Virus genome (UHGV): UHGV-1707198 | Reading direction: 5' to 3' (one strand) | DNA from: a virus | Length of the DNA: 37,640 nt | Shown: one piece after another, positions 1 to 9,357 of the stretch | How the letters are laid out: every line of letters begins with the position of its first letter | Position numbering within the stretch: the first letter of the stretch is position 1 | The notes under the pieces: generated by a model | What the model saw: the letters and a program-made list of their open reading frames with translations, nothing else | Told to the model about the DNA's origin: nothing | Databases searched by the model: none | Position numbers and translations under genes: made by a program

Positions 1-97
1 TCTGGCAGCCTGAGTTCACAGATAAAACACTCTCCAGGAAACCCGGGGCGGTTCAGTTCTTGGGTTAGGTACAACTGATAAAGCTGCTCAGAAGGCG

Positions 98-1996
98 TTG
101 GCGCAATATATGCGAAACCAGATGGATTCTGCGACTTATCAGCGTACTTTGCCTGACGGCACTCCGATGATGGACTTCGAAGGTAAGCCGATTATTGGGC
201 CTAAACAACTCAAGACGCAGCTTAATTTGCAGAAAGCATCCAGCGCCAGCTCTCTGGAGAAAATGAGCGATGAAGAGCGTGCCGCAGCCATTGCTGCACT
301 AACTAAAGCTCGTGAACAGGATGCAGCAGCTGCCGAGAAAGCAGCCCAACGATCAGCTAACGCCTCGCAGCGTGCGGCCAAGAAGGAACAGGCAGCGCAA
401 CAGAAACTGGCAGCCGGATACCAGAAGGCTCTGGACAAAGCCGATCAGCTTATGGGGCAAATGGGTGAAAGCTCTAAGGCTACGGTATCGTTTGATCAGT
501 CTCTTCGCGATACAACGAAATCGCTGACAGATTTGGCTAATGCGGTTCCTAACGAGTTCATCACTCAAGAGATGATCGACAAGGCGAAAAAACGTCTTGA
601 AGACCTCAAAAATGCGACACCTGAATATCGCGAGATGTTTAATCGCCGCAATGTTGAGCAGATGATCTCCACTTGGGCACCGGAGGCGGATTCCATTATT
701 AGTGCTGGCTATACGCCGTCTCGCGAAGAGAAAGTTGCTGATTTCGAAGACACCTACAACCGCAATCTCAAAGCGTTGATAGAACTTCGTGATAAGGCGT
801 CTGATCCTAAAGTTGTGGCGCTTTATACAAAGAAAATCAATCAACTGATTGCTGCTGGCAATACCGCGCTTATTAAAGAGACGGGGACTGCGACGCAGAA
901 GTTGGCACTGGAATACGAAAACTTGGCAGAGCAGATCGAAAGCACCTGGACTGATTTGTTTAGTGGCTTAACTGATGTCCTGACTGATTTCGTTATTAAC
1001 GGGAAGATGAGCTTCTCCAGCCTATCTCAGTCCATTTTGAAAGATATCACCAATATGGTCGTGAAGTCGCAAATCACGCTGCCTCTAATGAACATGTTGG
1101 GGATGGGAACCACCGCAGCTGGTAGTTCACAGAGTGGTAATTTGCTGACCGGGGTTGCTTCCGCCGTTGCCAATCAAGGGGTACGAATGGGCAACACTGT
1201 TAACGGCGACAAGTCGGTAGGAGAAGCCACGAAGGAGACGTCCAGTTCGGTAACTGGATTGGGGCAAACAACACAGCAGACCACCAGCGCAATTGGCACT
1301 GCAACAAATGCGATTGGTAGCTGGGTATCAGGGCTATTTGATAGCACTGAAGCCAAAGATGCCGAGACAAAAGCCGTGAAGGACTCCATCTTCTCGATGC
1401 AGAACCTCAGCTCTGTTACCGGCGCGCTGTCTGCCGCGTTTGCAATGCTTGGAGCTAATGCTTCCGGCTCTGGTAATAAGTGGTTGAGTTTTGGAGCAAC
1501 GGTTGCATCTGGTCTTGTTTCAGCTTGGGCTGGCGGTGGTTTCGACAGCGTGACATCAAGCTCTGCTAAAACCGCAACCAGCAGTGTGGCTGACGGAACT
1601 AAAGGCATTCCTGCAATCCCGAAGTTTGCAAATGGAGGAATATTCGGAAAAGACGGCGTGATCCCGCTCCGGGCATACCAGAAAGGCGGTATTGCTAACT
1701 CGCCTCAATTAGCGTTGTTTGGGGAAGGTTCTATGAATGAGGCGTATGTTCCATTGCCTGATGGCCGAACAATCCCTGTAACGCTCAGTACCGATGGTAT
1801 GAGTGGAGGCGGAAATGTTCTTTCTCCTGTATCAATTGAGATCAACGTCCATAGTGACGGTAGCACGACAGAATCCGGCGATACAGAAAGCATATGGAAC
1901 AATGCCGCTCAACGGATGAAAGCAATCGCGCTTGAGACTATCGCTCAAGAGAAACGCCCTGGCGGATCACTCAACCCAAACACTCAACGTAACTAA
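98..1996 (+). CDS. putative tail tape measure protein
   Basis: Sits immediately upstream of M-L-K-I-J homologues, the lambda position of gene H. Ala/Gln/Lys-rich helical N-terminal half, Gly/Ser/Thr-rich C-terminal half. In-frame stops at 11-13 and 23-25 mean the ORF begins inside the window (TTG at 98 or ATG at 110); 632 aa is short for a tape measure, so the call is tentative. Confidence 0.5.
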   Translation: MAQYMRNQMDSATYQRTLPDGTPMMDFEGKPIIGPKQLKTQLNLQKASSASSLEKMSDEERAAAIAALTKAREQDAAAAEKAAQRSANASQRAAKKEQAAQQKLAAGYQKALDKADQLMGQMGESSKATVSFDQSLRDTTKSLTDLANAVPNEFITQEMIDKAKKRLEDLKNATPEYREMFNRRNVEQMISTWAPEADSIISAGYTPSREEKVADFEDTYNRNLKALIELRDKASDPKVVALYTKKINQLIAAGNTALIKETGTATQKLALEYENLAEQIESTWTDLFSGLTDVLTDFVINGKMSFSSLSQSILKDITNMVVKSQITLPLMNMLGMGTTAAGSSQSGNLLTGVASAVANQGVRMGNTVNGDKSVGEATKETSSSVTGLGQTTQQTTSAIGTATNAIGSWVSGLFDSTEAKDAETKAVKDSIFSMQNLSSVTGALSAAFAMLGANASGSGNKWLSFGATVASGLVSAWAGGGFDSVTSSSAKTATSSVADGTKGIPAIPKFANGGIFGKDGVIPLRAYQKGGIANSPQLALFGEGSMNEAYVPLPDGRTIPVTLSTDGMSGGGNVLSPVSIEINVHSDGSTTESGDTESIWNNAAQRMKAIALETIAQEKRPGGSLNPNTQRN

Positions 1997-2038
1997 CTAT
2001 CGACTGCCCCGACCGGGGCAGTCTCACAAGGATGTGAG

Positions 2039-2374
2039 ATGGAAAGACAAACGTTTAATTGGTATCCAGATTACGAATCTGAAAAGAGCGTAAAACCGAA
2101 TGTAACGGTACTTAATTTTGGTGATGACTACGAGCAGCGACAGGCTCAAGGTCTTAATCGTATTAAAGAAGAATGGTCGTTAACCTTTACCAGATCATAC
2201 AACGAAATTAATGCAATCGATGACTTCCTGACTGAGCGATCAGGTGTTGAATCGTTCTATTGGGTTAATCCAAGAGGCAAGCAGATTGTAGTTGTATGTG
2301 ACAGTCATACGGTCAAGCGATATCAGGGGTACTGTGTCTTAACTGCTACATTCAGACAAGTATTTGAGGCTTAA
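2039..2374 (+). CDS. minor tail protein, lambda gpM-like
   Basis: 111 aa, same size and position as lambda M; motif FGDDYEQR...GLN matches the gpM pattern as I recall it; AAGGA ribosome-binding site 6 nt upstream of the ATG. Confidence 0.7.
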   Translation: MERQTFNWYPDYESEKSVKPNVTVLNFGDDYEQRQAQGLNRIKEEWSLTFTRSYNEINAIDDFLTERSGVESFYWVNPRGKQIVVVCDSHTVKRYQGYCVLTATFRQVFEA

Positions 2375-2381
2375 GTATCTG

Positions 2382-2406
2382 GATAAGTAAGTACTAATTT
2401 ACTATC
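2382..2406 (+). promoter_or_regulatory. recurrent intergenic motif, copy upstream of the L-like gene
   Basis: GATAAGTAAGTACTAATTTACTATC, read directly. Confidence 0.4.
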
Positions 2407-2423
2407 ATTGTGGCGCTGACAGG

Positions 2424-3155
2424 ATGTTAGCGCCTACTTATTTCAAGGATGAAACAATGGGAATTAAAGCTGATATTCAGAGCTTATCTCCCTCTGCACT
2501 CATTGAGTTGTTCGTACTGGATATGTCGAACACAACTTCAGGGGGGAAGCTATTCTTCCACGCCGGAACAAACGAACTGATGCAACCGGTCGTCTGGCAA
2601 GGAGTGACATACGAGCCGTGGCCAATCAAAGCATCAGGCTTTGACAAAACTGGCCAGGGAACGTTGCCACGTCCAAAAATTCAGGTATCGAACTTTGCCG
2701 GAACCGTCTCTGCGGAAGTTCAGGCGAACGACGATCTTGTTGGCTGCCGCATTATTCGCAAGATGACGCTGGCTCGCTTCCTCGATGCCGTTAATTTTAA
2801 AGACGGCAACCCAACAGCAGATCCAAACCAACATTTCCCGGATGAAATGTGGTTTATCGAACAGAAAACTCTCGAAACTCATCAGGTTGTCGAGTTTGAA
2901 TTGTCCAGTGTGTTCGATTTGATGGGGGTGCAACTGCCGTATCGTCAGATCATTAAAAACACCTGCCCGTGGAAATACCGAGGGCCAGAATGCGGCTATA
3001 CCGGTCCATATTTCGACAAAAATAACCAGCAGACGTCTATGTCTGGTGCGGATTACTGCACAAAACGTTATGACGCCTGTAATGCGCGTCGGAATTATTT
3101 TGCCGACGGTGTGATCCATTTTGGCGGATTTATTGGAGCTACGCGGTATGGGTAA
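2424..3155 (+). CDS. minor tail protein, lambda gpL-like
   Basis: 243 aa; segment VVWQGVTYEPWPIKASGFDKTGQGTLPRPKIQVSNF and the C-terminal Cys-containing motif (CPWKYRGPECGY) parallel lambda L as recalled. Alternative ATG at 2457 has the better ribosome-binding site. Confidence 0.8.
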   Translation: MLAPTYFKDETMGIKADIQSLSPSALIELFVLDMSNTTSGGKLFFHAGTNELMQPVVWQGVTYEPWPIKASGFDKTGQGTLPRPKIQVSNFAGTVSAEVQANDDLVGCRIIRKMTLARFLDAVNFKDGNPTADPNQHFPDEMWFIEQKTLETHQVVEFELSSVFDLMGVQLPYRQIIKNTCPWKYRGPECGYTGPYFDKNNQQTSMSGADYCTKRYDACNARRNYFADGVIHFGGFIGATRYG

Positions 3156-3945
3156 TAAAGCAATCCCTGAGCTTGGCTCTGACGTTATGCAGCAAATCTA
3201 TCTCTGCGCCATAAATCGCTACCCTAATGAAGCGTGTGGCTTTCTGGTTAGAACTAATGGCGACAAATATCGCTTTATGGAAGCGCGGAATGTTTCGGAG
3301 AACCCGCAGAACACTTTTGTAATGCACGTTGACGACATTATGGCGGCAGAGGATGCGGGTGATGTTATCGCAATCTGGCATTCACATACTGATGAATCAG
3401 CAGAAGCATCTTATGCCGATCGTGCAGGCTGCGAAGCGACGGAAGTTCCGTGGATGATTCTGGCTATTCGCAAGAATGTTGAGGGAGATGCCCCTTTCCA
3501 TTTTAGCGAGATGAATGTGATCACACCTGATGGTTTCGAAATGCCATACCTGGGCAGACCGTATGTATTTGGCGTATTTGATTGCTGGATGTTGTGTCGG
3601 GACTATTTGAAGCGTGAGTTTAACGTCGAACTAAACCCGAACGCACACCTGCATATTCCATCGTGGTACACCGGCGATAACGACATTCTCGATCAGAACT
3701 ACCGAAACGAAGGATTGGTACGGCTTGCGCCCGGAACAGAACCTCAACGTGGGGACGTCTTCTTTATCCAATACGGAAAAATGCCTGACCACTGTGCGGT
3801 TTATATCGGCGATGGAATGATTCTTCATCACCAGATCGACCGCCTTAGTTGTCGTGCTTATTACGGCGGGATGTATCAGAAACATACGACGCATCACTTG
3901 CGTCACAGAGACTTGCTCAAGGGAGATGAGACGTGTCTGAGTTAG
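3148..3945 (+). CDS. tail assembly protein, lambda gpK-like (JAMM/MPN plus NlpC/P60-type domains)
   Basis: Start overlaps the L stop (ATGGGTAATAA). Contains an HSHTD motif consistent with a JAMM metal site and a Cys-containing C-terminal hydrolase-like region; position matches lambda K. Confidence 0.7.
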   Translation: MGNKAIPELGSDVMQQIYLCAINRYPNEACGFLVRTNGDKYRFMEARNVSENPQNTFVMHVDDIMAAEDAGDVIAIWHSHTDESAEASYADRAGCEATEVPWMILAIRKNVEGDAPFHFSEMNVITPDGFEMPYLGRPYVFGVFDCWMLCRDYLKREFNVELNPNAHLHIPSWYTGDNDILDQNYRNEGLVRLAPGTEPQRGDVFFIQYGKMPDHCAVYIGDGMILHHQIDRLSCRAYYGGMYQKHTTHHLRHRDLLKGDETCLS

Positions 3946-4523
3946 TTCATGTGCAGCTTGGCGGCCCTATGGCCAAACATTTTGGCCGCCACTGGCATCT
4001 AAAGGTGCGTAATACAAAACAGGCTCTGGATTTAATTGAGGCCAACAAGCCTGGGTTTAAAGCATGGATGAAGCGCAATATCAAAACCTATGACAGATAC
4101 CACATCCAGATCACCAATAAACAGGGCCACAAGTGGTCTGTGGACGAGAGTGAATATCAGATGATGGGGCAGTCTGACAATATTGCAAAAATCCGCATTA
4201 CCCCTGTTCCGCGAGGAAGTGGTGGATCTGCTTTTGGATGGTTTCAGACGGTTGTTGGAGCAGTATTAATGGTTGCCTCGATATGGGTGCCCGCTCTTGC
4301 GCCTCTCGGTTTGTCACTGATGATGGGCGGTATAGCGCAAATCATATCTCCGCAAGCCACTAACGAAAGTGTGAGGCAGGCGGATAACTCGAACTCTTAT
4401 TACTTTGATGGACCTCAAAACACAACAAACCAGGGGAACCCTGTACAGCTTATCTATGGCGAGGAAATTTTAGTTGGCTCACAGGTCGTGAGTTCTTCTA
4501 TCACCATCGACCAGCTTATGTAA
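3933..4523 (+). CDS. tail assembly protein, lambda gpI-like
   Basis: 196 aa, GTG start overlapping the K stop; hydrophobic Gly-rich C-terminal half; called by position between K and J. Confidence 0.55.
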   Translation: MSELVHVQLGGPMAKHFGRHWHLKVRNTKQALDLIEANKPGFKAWMKRNIKTYDRYHIQITNKQGHKWSVDESEYQMMGQSDNIAKIRITPVPRGSGGSAFGWFQTVVGAVLMVASIWVPALAPLGLSLMMGGIAQIISPQATNESVRQADNSNSYYFDGPQNTTNQGNPVQLIYGEEILVGSQVVSSSITIDQLM

Positions 4524-4540
4524 TCAAGGATTTTTTGGAC

Positions 4541-7500
4541 ATGGAACAGTTCAAGAAGAAAAAATTACCGCTTCTTATTGCCGGTGCTGGTGGCAAGAAA
4601 AGTAAAAGCTCCAGCCGTACCCCGGTTGAAGCTGATGATACTGTCAATTCTCGTGCTATGGCAGCCATCCTCGACCTTCTTGGCGAGGGGGTTATCGGTG
4701 GCCTGGTAAATGGCGCAAAGTCGATCTTCATCGACGATTTACCGATCTTGAATGAAGATGGCTCTTCCAACTTCAGCGGTATTACATGGGATTTTCGTGA
4801 CGGCTCACAAGATCAGACGCCAATGGCTGGTTTTGATTTTGTCGAAACGCCTAAGTCCGTAAATATTCAGCTTAAAAAAACACACGACGTTACGGTTTCA
4901 ATCGATAACGATGAAGCTGATCGCGTTCGTGTCATCATGAAATTCCCCTCTTTACGTAGCGTTGATAAAAGCTCTGGCGATACAAATGGCACTACGGTGA
5001 AGTACAAATTCCAGATCGCCAACGCAGACGCAACATTTTCTGATGTAGTGGCAGAAGGTGAGAAAAGCGTTGATATCACGCTAACGGCAAAGAAAACCGG
5101 CGTGTATTACCGTAGCTATGAGCTGAAACTGCCTAAGCCTGGTCGTGCATACAAGGTTAGGGTGATTCGTCTTACAGATGATAATAGTAGCCAGTACCTC
5201 TACAACGACACATGGGTTGATTCCATCGGTGAGATTGTCGACACGCCAATGAACTACCCTAACTCTGCTCTTGTTGGCTTGAAGGTCAATTCAGAGCAGT
5301 TTGGTAGCACAATGCCTTCCCGTTCGTATTTGGTGCGCGGTATCAAAATCCGAGTACCGTCAAACTACAACGAATACACCAATACTTATGTCGGCGTATG
5401 GGACGGTACTTTTAAGCTGTTGTCTTCTTCAAACCCTGCGTGGATTCTCTACGATTTGCTTACCAATACTCGGTATGGTCTTGGGCAATTTGTGTCGGAA
5501 TCCATGATTGACCTCGGCCAGCTCTACCAGATTGGTCGATATTGTGACGAAGAGGTCGATGATGGCTTTGGGGGTAAAGAGAAACGCTTTGCAATCAATA
5601 CGCAGATCACCAGTCGACAAGACGCATACCGATTAATTCAGGATATTGCCGGTGCATTCCGCGGCATGGTGTTTTGGGCTGGTGGCATGGTTAACATCAT
5701 GCAGGATAGCCCATCAGATCCGGTAATGATGTTTACCAACTCCAACGTCAAAGATGGACTGTTTACCTATAAAGGTTCTGCGCGTAAAGATCGCCCATCC
5801 GTTGCGCTCGTAACCTACAACAACAAGGAGGACGGTTATAAGCAAAACATCGAGTACGTTGAAGATCAGGACGCAATGCGCCGTTATGGTGAGCGTAAAA
5901 CAGAAGTCGTAGCATTTGGATGTACAAGCCGAGGCCAGGCTCACCGAGTTGGTTTGTGGCTTTTGTATACCGCCAGAATGGAGTCGGATGTAATTACATT
6001 TACTGCCGGCTTAGACGCCTCATTTCTGATGCCCGGTGAAACCGTTCTGATTCAGAACAAATATCGTGCAGGTAAACGTAACTCCGGTCGAATTGTGGAG
6101 TTTACCAAAAACAGCATCACTCTCGATGCGCCTGTGTCGTTAGCTAAAAGCGGCAGCTTTATTCGGATATTGAATCAGGAAGGCAAAATCGTTGAACGCG
6201 ATGTTCTTGAAACTGGCGAAAACATAACAAAGGTTACGTTTTCAAAAGCCCTGTCGTCAGCGGAAACGCCTGTTTTGAACGGTGTCTGGACAATTACAGA
6301 ACCAGATCTCGAACCTATGCGCGTTCGCATCGTTAACATCGCGCAGGGGGAAACGCCGGGTAGCTTTGACATCACCGCTGTTGAGAACAATCCGTCTAAA
6401 TATGAGGCAATCGACAATGGTGCAACGCTGATCCCGCAGAATACGACGGTATTGGACCCAACTTACTCCAAGCCATCTAATCTGCAAATCACTGAAGGGA
6501 CTTATCTCTCAAGCCCGGGCAACCTGTCAGTAAAACTGACTGCAACATGGGAAGGAAAATCTCCAGAGTATTGGATCAGTTGGCGACGTTCTGATGAAAA
6601 CAATGTATCGAACTGGCAATCGGCGCGTGTAACCGAAGAGCAATACGAAATCGTTAATGTCGCGGAGAATGGACGCTACGACTTCCAACTGTATGCGGTT
6701 TCATTCAACGGTAAAAAAACAGAGATTATCAGTACCGTTTATCAGGTGTTGGGCACAATGACACCGCCGGATGCCCCAACGTCATTAACGGCCGTTGGAG
6801 ACTATCGTAATGTGATACTGAATTGGGTTAATCCAGATTCGGTAGACCTTGATCACATTAATGTTTACGCATCCCAGACCAACAATCTGGATACGGCGAA
6901 ACTGATCGCAGAGTCTGCAAGCACCACCTTTACACATGCTGGTCTTGGGGATAGCGAAACGTGGTATTACTGGGTTCGAGCATCGAACAAGCGAGGTATG
7001 TTAAGCCCTCCGAACTCAAACTTGGGTACAGAGGCGACAACTCGCGATGTACTGTCGTTCCTGGCTGGCAAAATTACATCTTCCGAGCTTGGTCAGGCTC
7101 TGCTTGAGGACATCAACAGCAAAGCCTCTCAAGAAGCAGTTGACGAGTTAAATGAGCATATCAACCAGAGCGTCGAATCTTTGGAGGGGTCGGTAAACGA
7201 CGTTAAGGAAGATATAGCTGAATTAGATAAGCAGTTCAGCGATAACCTCGCGGGTTTTGAAATAAAATTCAACGAGCGTAGCGATGCTTTGGAGAACGCA
7301 CAAACCGAGCTTAAAGGTGAGGTTTCGGCAACGATCGACAAGGTCAATGAAGCGTTTGAAAAAATTGATGCTACTGATGCTGCAATTGTTGAAATCGAAA
7401 ACACCGTATCTGAACACGATAAAGCTCTCGCTAATACAGTCGAGGCAATAAAGGCTGCAAGAGATGAAGCGGCGGCTCTTATTGCTAAGGAAAGCGAGGC

Positions 7501-9265
7501 TCGTGTTGAAGGCGATGCTGCAAACGCTAAACAACTGGAAGTGTTGCAGTCAACGGTAGAGGAAAGCTCCGCTGCCGTTGAAGAAATGAAAAAGACGGTT
7601 GCAGAGGTCGATCGTGCCAGTGCAGAACTGACTACGAACATTGAGGCGTTAGCCAAAACAAATATTGACCTGGCTCTTCGTCAAGATGAAGACCAGCACA
7701 AGCAGATGGTCAATAACGCGAAGATCGCAACAACACAGAAAACCTTTGCTGATGATATGTCTGCAATGGCCACGAAGGTTGAGGAAATTCGCGTAGAAAT
7801 TGGCGAAGACATTAAGGCCAGTATTCTGGAAGAGTCCACCGCTCGTGCCGATGGCGATGAAGCGTTGGCAAAGCGTGTCACTCAGCTGCAATCTAAGTTT
7901 GAAGGAGATATCAGCGCGGCGATTAGTACAGAGCAGGAGGCTCGCACATCTGCCGATGAAGCTCTGACGACACAGATCACTCAGCTTGAGTCGAAAGTAA
8001 GCAACGATATCGTCGCAGCTATTAAGGAAGAGCAAGAAGCCCGAGCAACGGAAGATTCGGCTCTGGCAAGCCAGATCACCCAACTTCAGGCAAAGGTTGA
8101 TGATGATATTTCTGCTGCAATACGTAGTGAGCAGGAGGCCCGAGCAAGCGGGGACTCTGCGTTAGCCAAACAAATAAACCAGCTTCAGTCAAAGGTTGAC
8201 GGTGATATATCCGCTGCCATCACTCAGGAGCAGGAGGCCAGAGCAAGTGCTGACCAGGCGCTCTCACGAGAAATTAACAGCCTGCGAGCACAAACCGGAA
8301 CTGATATTGCCGCAGCGGTTGCTGTAGAGACAAAGGCAAGGACTGATGCCGATAGTGCATTGTCCACTCAGATTTCGTCTCTTACAGCAAAAGCTAATGA
8401 TCTCGAGGCATCTCTTGCCAGAGAAACAACGGCTCGTGCTGATGGTGATACCGCTTTAACAAAAGAGGTTTCAAGTTTAAAAGCACAGACAGCGAAAGAT
8501 ATTAGTGCGGCCGTTGCAGTTGAAACGCAGGCTCGAACTGATGCTGACTCGGCGTTGTCGTCTCAGATCACCAAGCTGACCTCTCAATACAAAGAGGATA
8601 TTAAAGCGGCTGTAGCAACCGAAACGAAAACGCGTACAGAGCAAGATGCTGCATTGGCGACTCAAATCACAAACTTAGAGTCTCAAACGGCAGCCAACAT
8701 TTCCGCGGCGGTAACAACTGAAACGACAGCGAGAACGCAGGCAGATAATGCTCTGAGTGGGCGAATCGATACTCTGAAAGCAGAGGTGGATGGAAATACC
8801 GCGACAATTCAACAGCAGGCAACAGCTATTGCTGATACCAACAAAAAAGTGTCAACCGCGTGGACGTTGAAAATGGAAACTTCAACGAGCGGAGGGCAGA
8901 AGTATGTTGCTGGTATTGCGCTTGGTATCGACACCACTGGCCTTTCTCAGTTTTTGGTGCAGGCTGACAGGTTTGGTTTGGTCAACTCTGTTAACGGGAA
9001 GATCACCACGCCATTTGTTATCGAAAACAGTATCGCCTATATGAATGGTGCGTATATCAAGGATGGCACAATCACCAATGCAAAAGTAGGCGATCTGCAA
9101 TCTACCAATTTTGTTAGCGGTAGATCTGGATGGCGGTTCGGCAAAAATGGAACGCTTGAGATCAACGGTAATAGCGGGGGTAATGGGCGACTGGTCATAA
9201 ATGGTCAGCGGATTGACGTTTATGACGATAACAACGTCCTACGAGTAAGAATTGGCCTTCTGTAA
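4541..9265 (+). CDS. host specificity / central tail fibre protein, lambda gpJ-like, with extended C-terminal repeat shaft
   Basis: About 1574 aa from the ATG at 4541 (ORF track begins at TTG 4535); AAGGA ribosome-binding site upstream; large N-terminal region typical of J-family tip proteins; follows the I homologue. C-terminal third is tandem repeats. Confidence 0.85.
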   Translation: MEQFKKKKLPLLIAGAGGKKSKSSSRTPVEADDTVNSRAMAAILDLLGEGVIGGLVNGAKSIFIDDLPILNEDGSSNFSGITWDFRDGSQDQTPMAGFDFVETPKSVNIQLKKTHDVTVSIDNDEADRVRVIMKFPSLRSVDKSSGDTNGTTVKYKFQIANADATFSDVVAEGEKSVDITLTAKKTGVYYRSYELKLPKPGRAYKVRVIRLTDDNSSQYLYNDTWVDSIGEIVDTPMNYPNSALVGLKVNSEQFGSTMPSRSYLVRGIKIRVPSNYNEYTNTYVGVWDGTFKLLSSSNPAWILYDLLTNTRYGLGQFVSESMIDLGQLYQIGRYCDEEVDDGFGGKEKRFAINTQITSRQDAYRLIQDIAGAFRGMVFWAGGMVNIMQDSPSDPVMMFTNSNVKDGLFTYKGSARKDRPSVALVTYNNKEDGYKQNIEYVEDQDAMRRYGERKTEVVAFGCTSRGQAHRVGLWLLYTARMESDVITFTAGLDASFLMPGETVLIQNKYRAGKRNSGRIVEFTKNSITLDAPVSLAKSGSFIRILNQEGKIVERDVLETGENITKVTFSKALSSAETPVLNGVWTITEPDLEPMRVRIVNIAQGETPGSFDITAVENNPSKYEAIDNGATLIPQNTTVLDPTYSKPSNLQITEGTYLSSPGNLSVKLTATWEGKSPEYWISWRRSDENNVSNWQSARVTEEQYEIVNVAENGRYDFQLYAVSFNGKKTEIISTVYQVLGTMTPPDAPTSLTAVGDYRNVILNWVNPDSVDLDHINVYASQTNNLDTAKLIAESASTTFTHAGLGDSETWYYWVRASNKRGMLSPPNSNLGTEATTRDVLSFLAGKITSSELGQALLEDINSKASQEAVDELNEHINQSVESLEGSVNDVKEDIAELDKQFSDNLAGFEIKFNERSDALENAQTELKGEVSATIDKVNEAFEKIDATDAAIVEIENTVSEHDKALANTVEAIKAARDEAAALIAKESEARVEGDAANAKQLEVLQSTVEESSAAVEEMKKTVAEVDRASAELTTNIEALAKTNIDLALRQDEDQHKQMVNNAKIATTQKTFADDMSAMATKVEEIRVEIGEDIKASILEESTARADGDEALAKRVTQLQSKFEGDISAAISTEQEARTSADEALTTQITQLESKVSNDIVAAIKEEQEARATEDSALASQITQLQAKVDDDISAAIRSEQEARASGDSALAKQINQLQSKVDGDISAAITQEQEARASADQALSREINSLRAQTGTDIAAAVAVETKARTDADSALSTQISSLTAKANDLEASLARETTARADGDTALTKEVSSLKAQTAKDISAAVAVETQARTDADSALSSQITKLTSQYKEDIKAAVATETKTRTEQDAALATQITNLESQTAANISAAVTTETTARTQADNALSGRIDTLKAEVDGNTATIQQQATAIADTNKKVSTAWTLKMETSTSGGQKYVAGIALGIDTTGLSQFLVQADRFGLVNSVNGKITTPFVIENSIAYMNGAYIKDGTITNAKVGDLQSTNFVSGRSGWRFGKNGTLEINGNSGGNGRLVINGQRIDVYDDNNVLRVRIGLL
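7823..8800 (+). repeat. about ten tandem 99-bp (33-aa) repeats inside the J-like gene
   Basis: Repeating protein unit of the form ISAAIxxEQEARAxxDxALxxQITQLQSKVxxD, read directly from the translation; heptad-like, suggesting a coiled-coil shaft. Confidence 0.75.
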
Positions 9266-9293
9266 TGTAGAAAAAAATATTTATATCGGTAAA

Positions 9294-9315
9294 AATAAGT
9301 AGGTACATACTTAAT
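9294..9315 (+). promoter_or_regulatory. recurrent motif, copy upstream of the tail fibre gene
   Basis: AATAAGTA-ggtaca-TACTTAAT, near-perfect dyad. Confidence 0.45.
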
Positions 9316-9357
9316 GGTGGGCAAGGATAGCCCACCAAATCAAGGAGCATATTCAAC

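Noticed and set aside
1-78. 3' end of an upstream gene (frames 1 and 3 are open from the window edge to stops at 76-78 and 66-68)
   Set aside because: Too short to call either frame; probably the end of a tail chaperone gene, but unsupported.
139-1902. Antisense ORFs within the tape-measure candidate (139..438 -, 353..844 -, 1174..1608 -, 1705..1902 -)
   Set aside because: Nested opposite a compositionally biased coding region; no independent support.
5301-9100. Antisense and alternative-frame ORFs of 60-175 aa inside the J-like gene (for example 7129..7656 -, 7649..8083 -, 5714..5944 -)
   Set aside because: Fully nested in a long, well-supported + strand gene; the repeat region suppresses stops on the other strand. 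No ribosome-binding sites or motifs.
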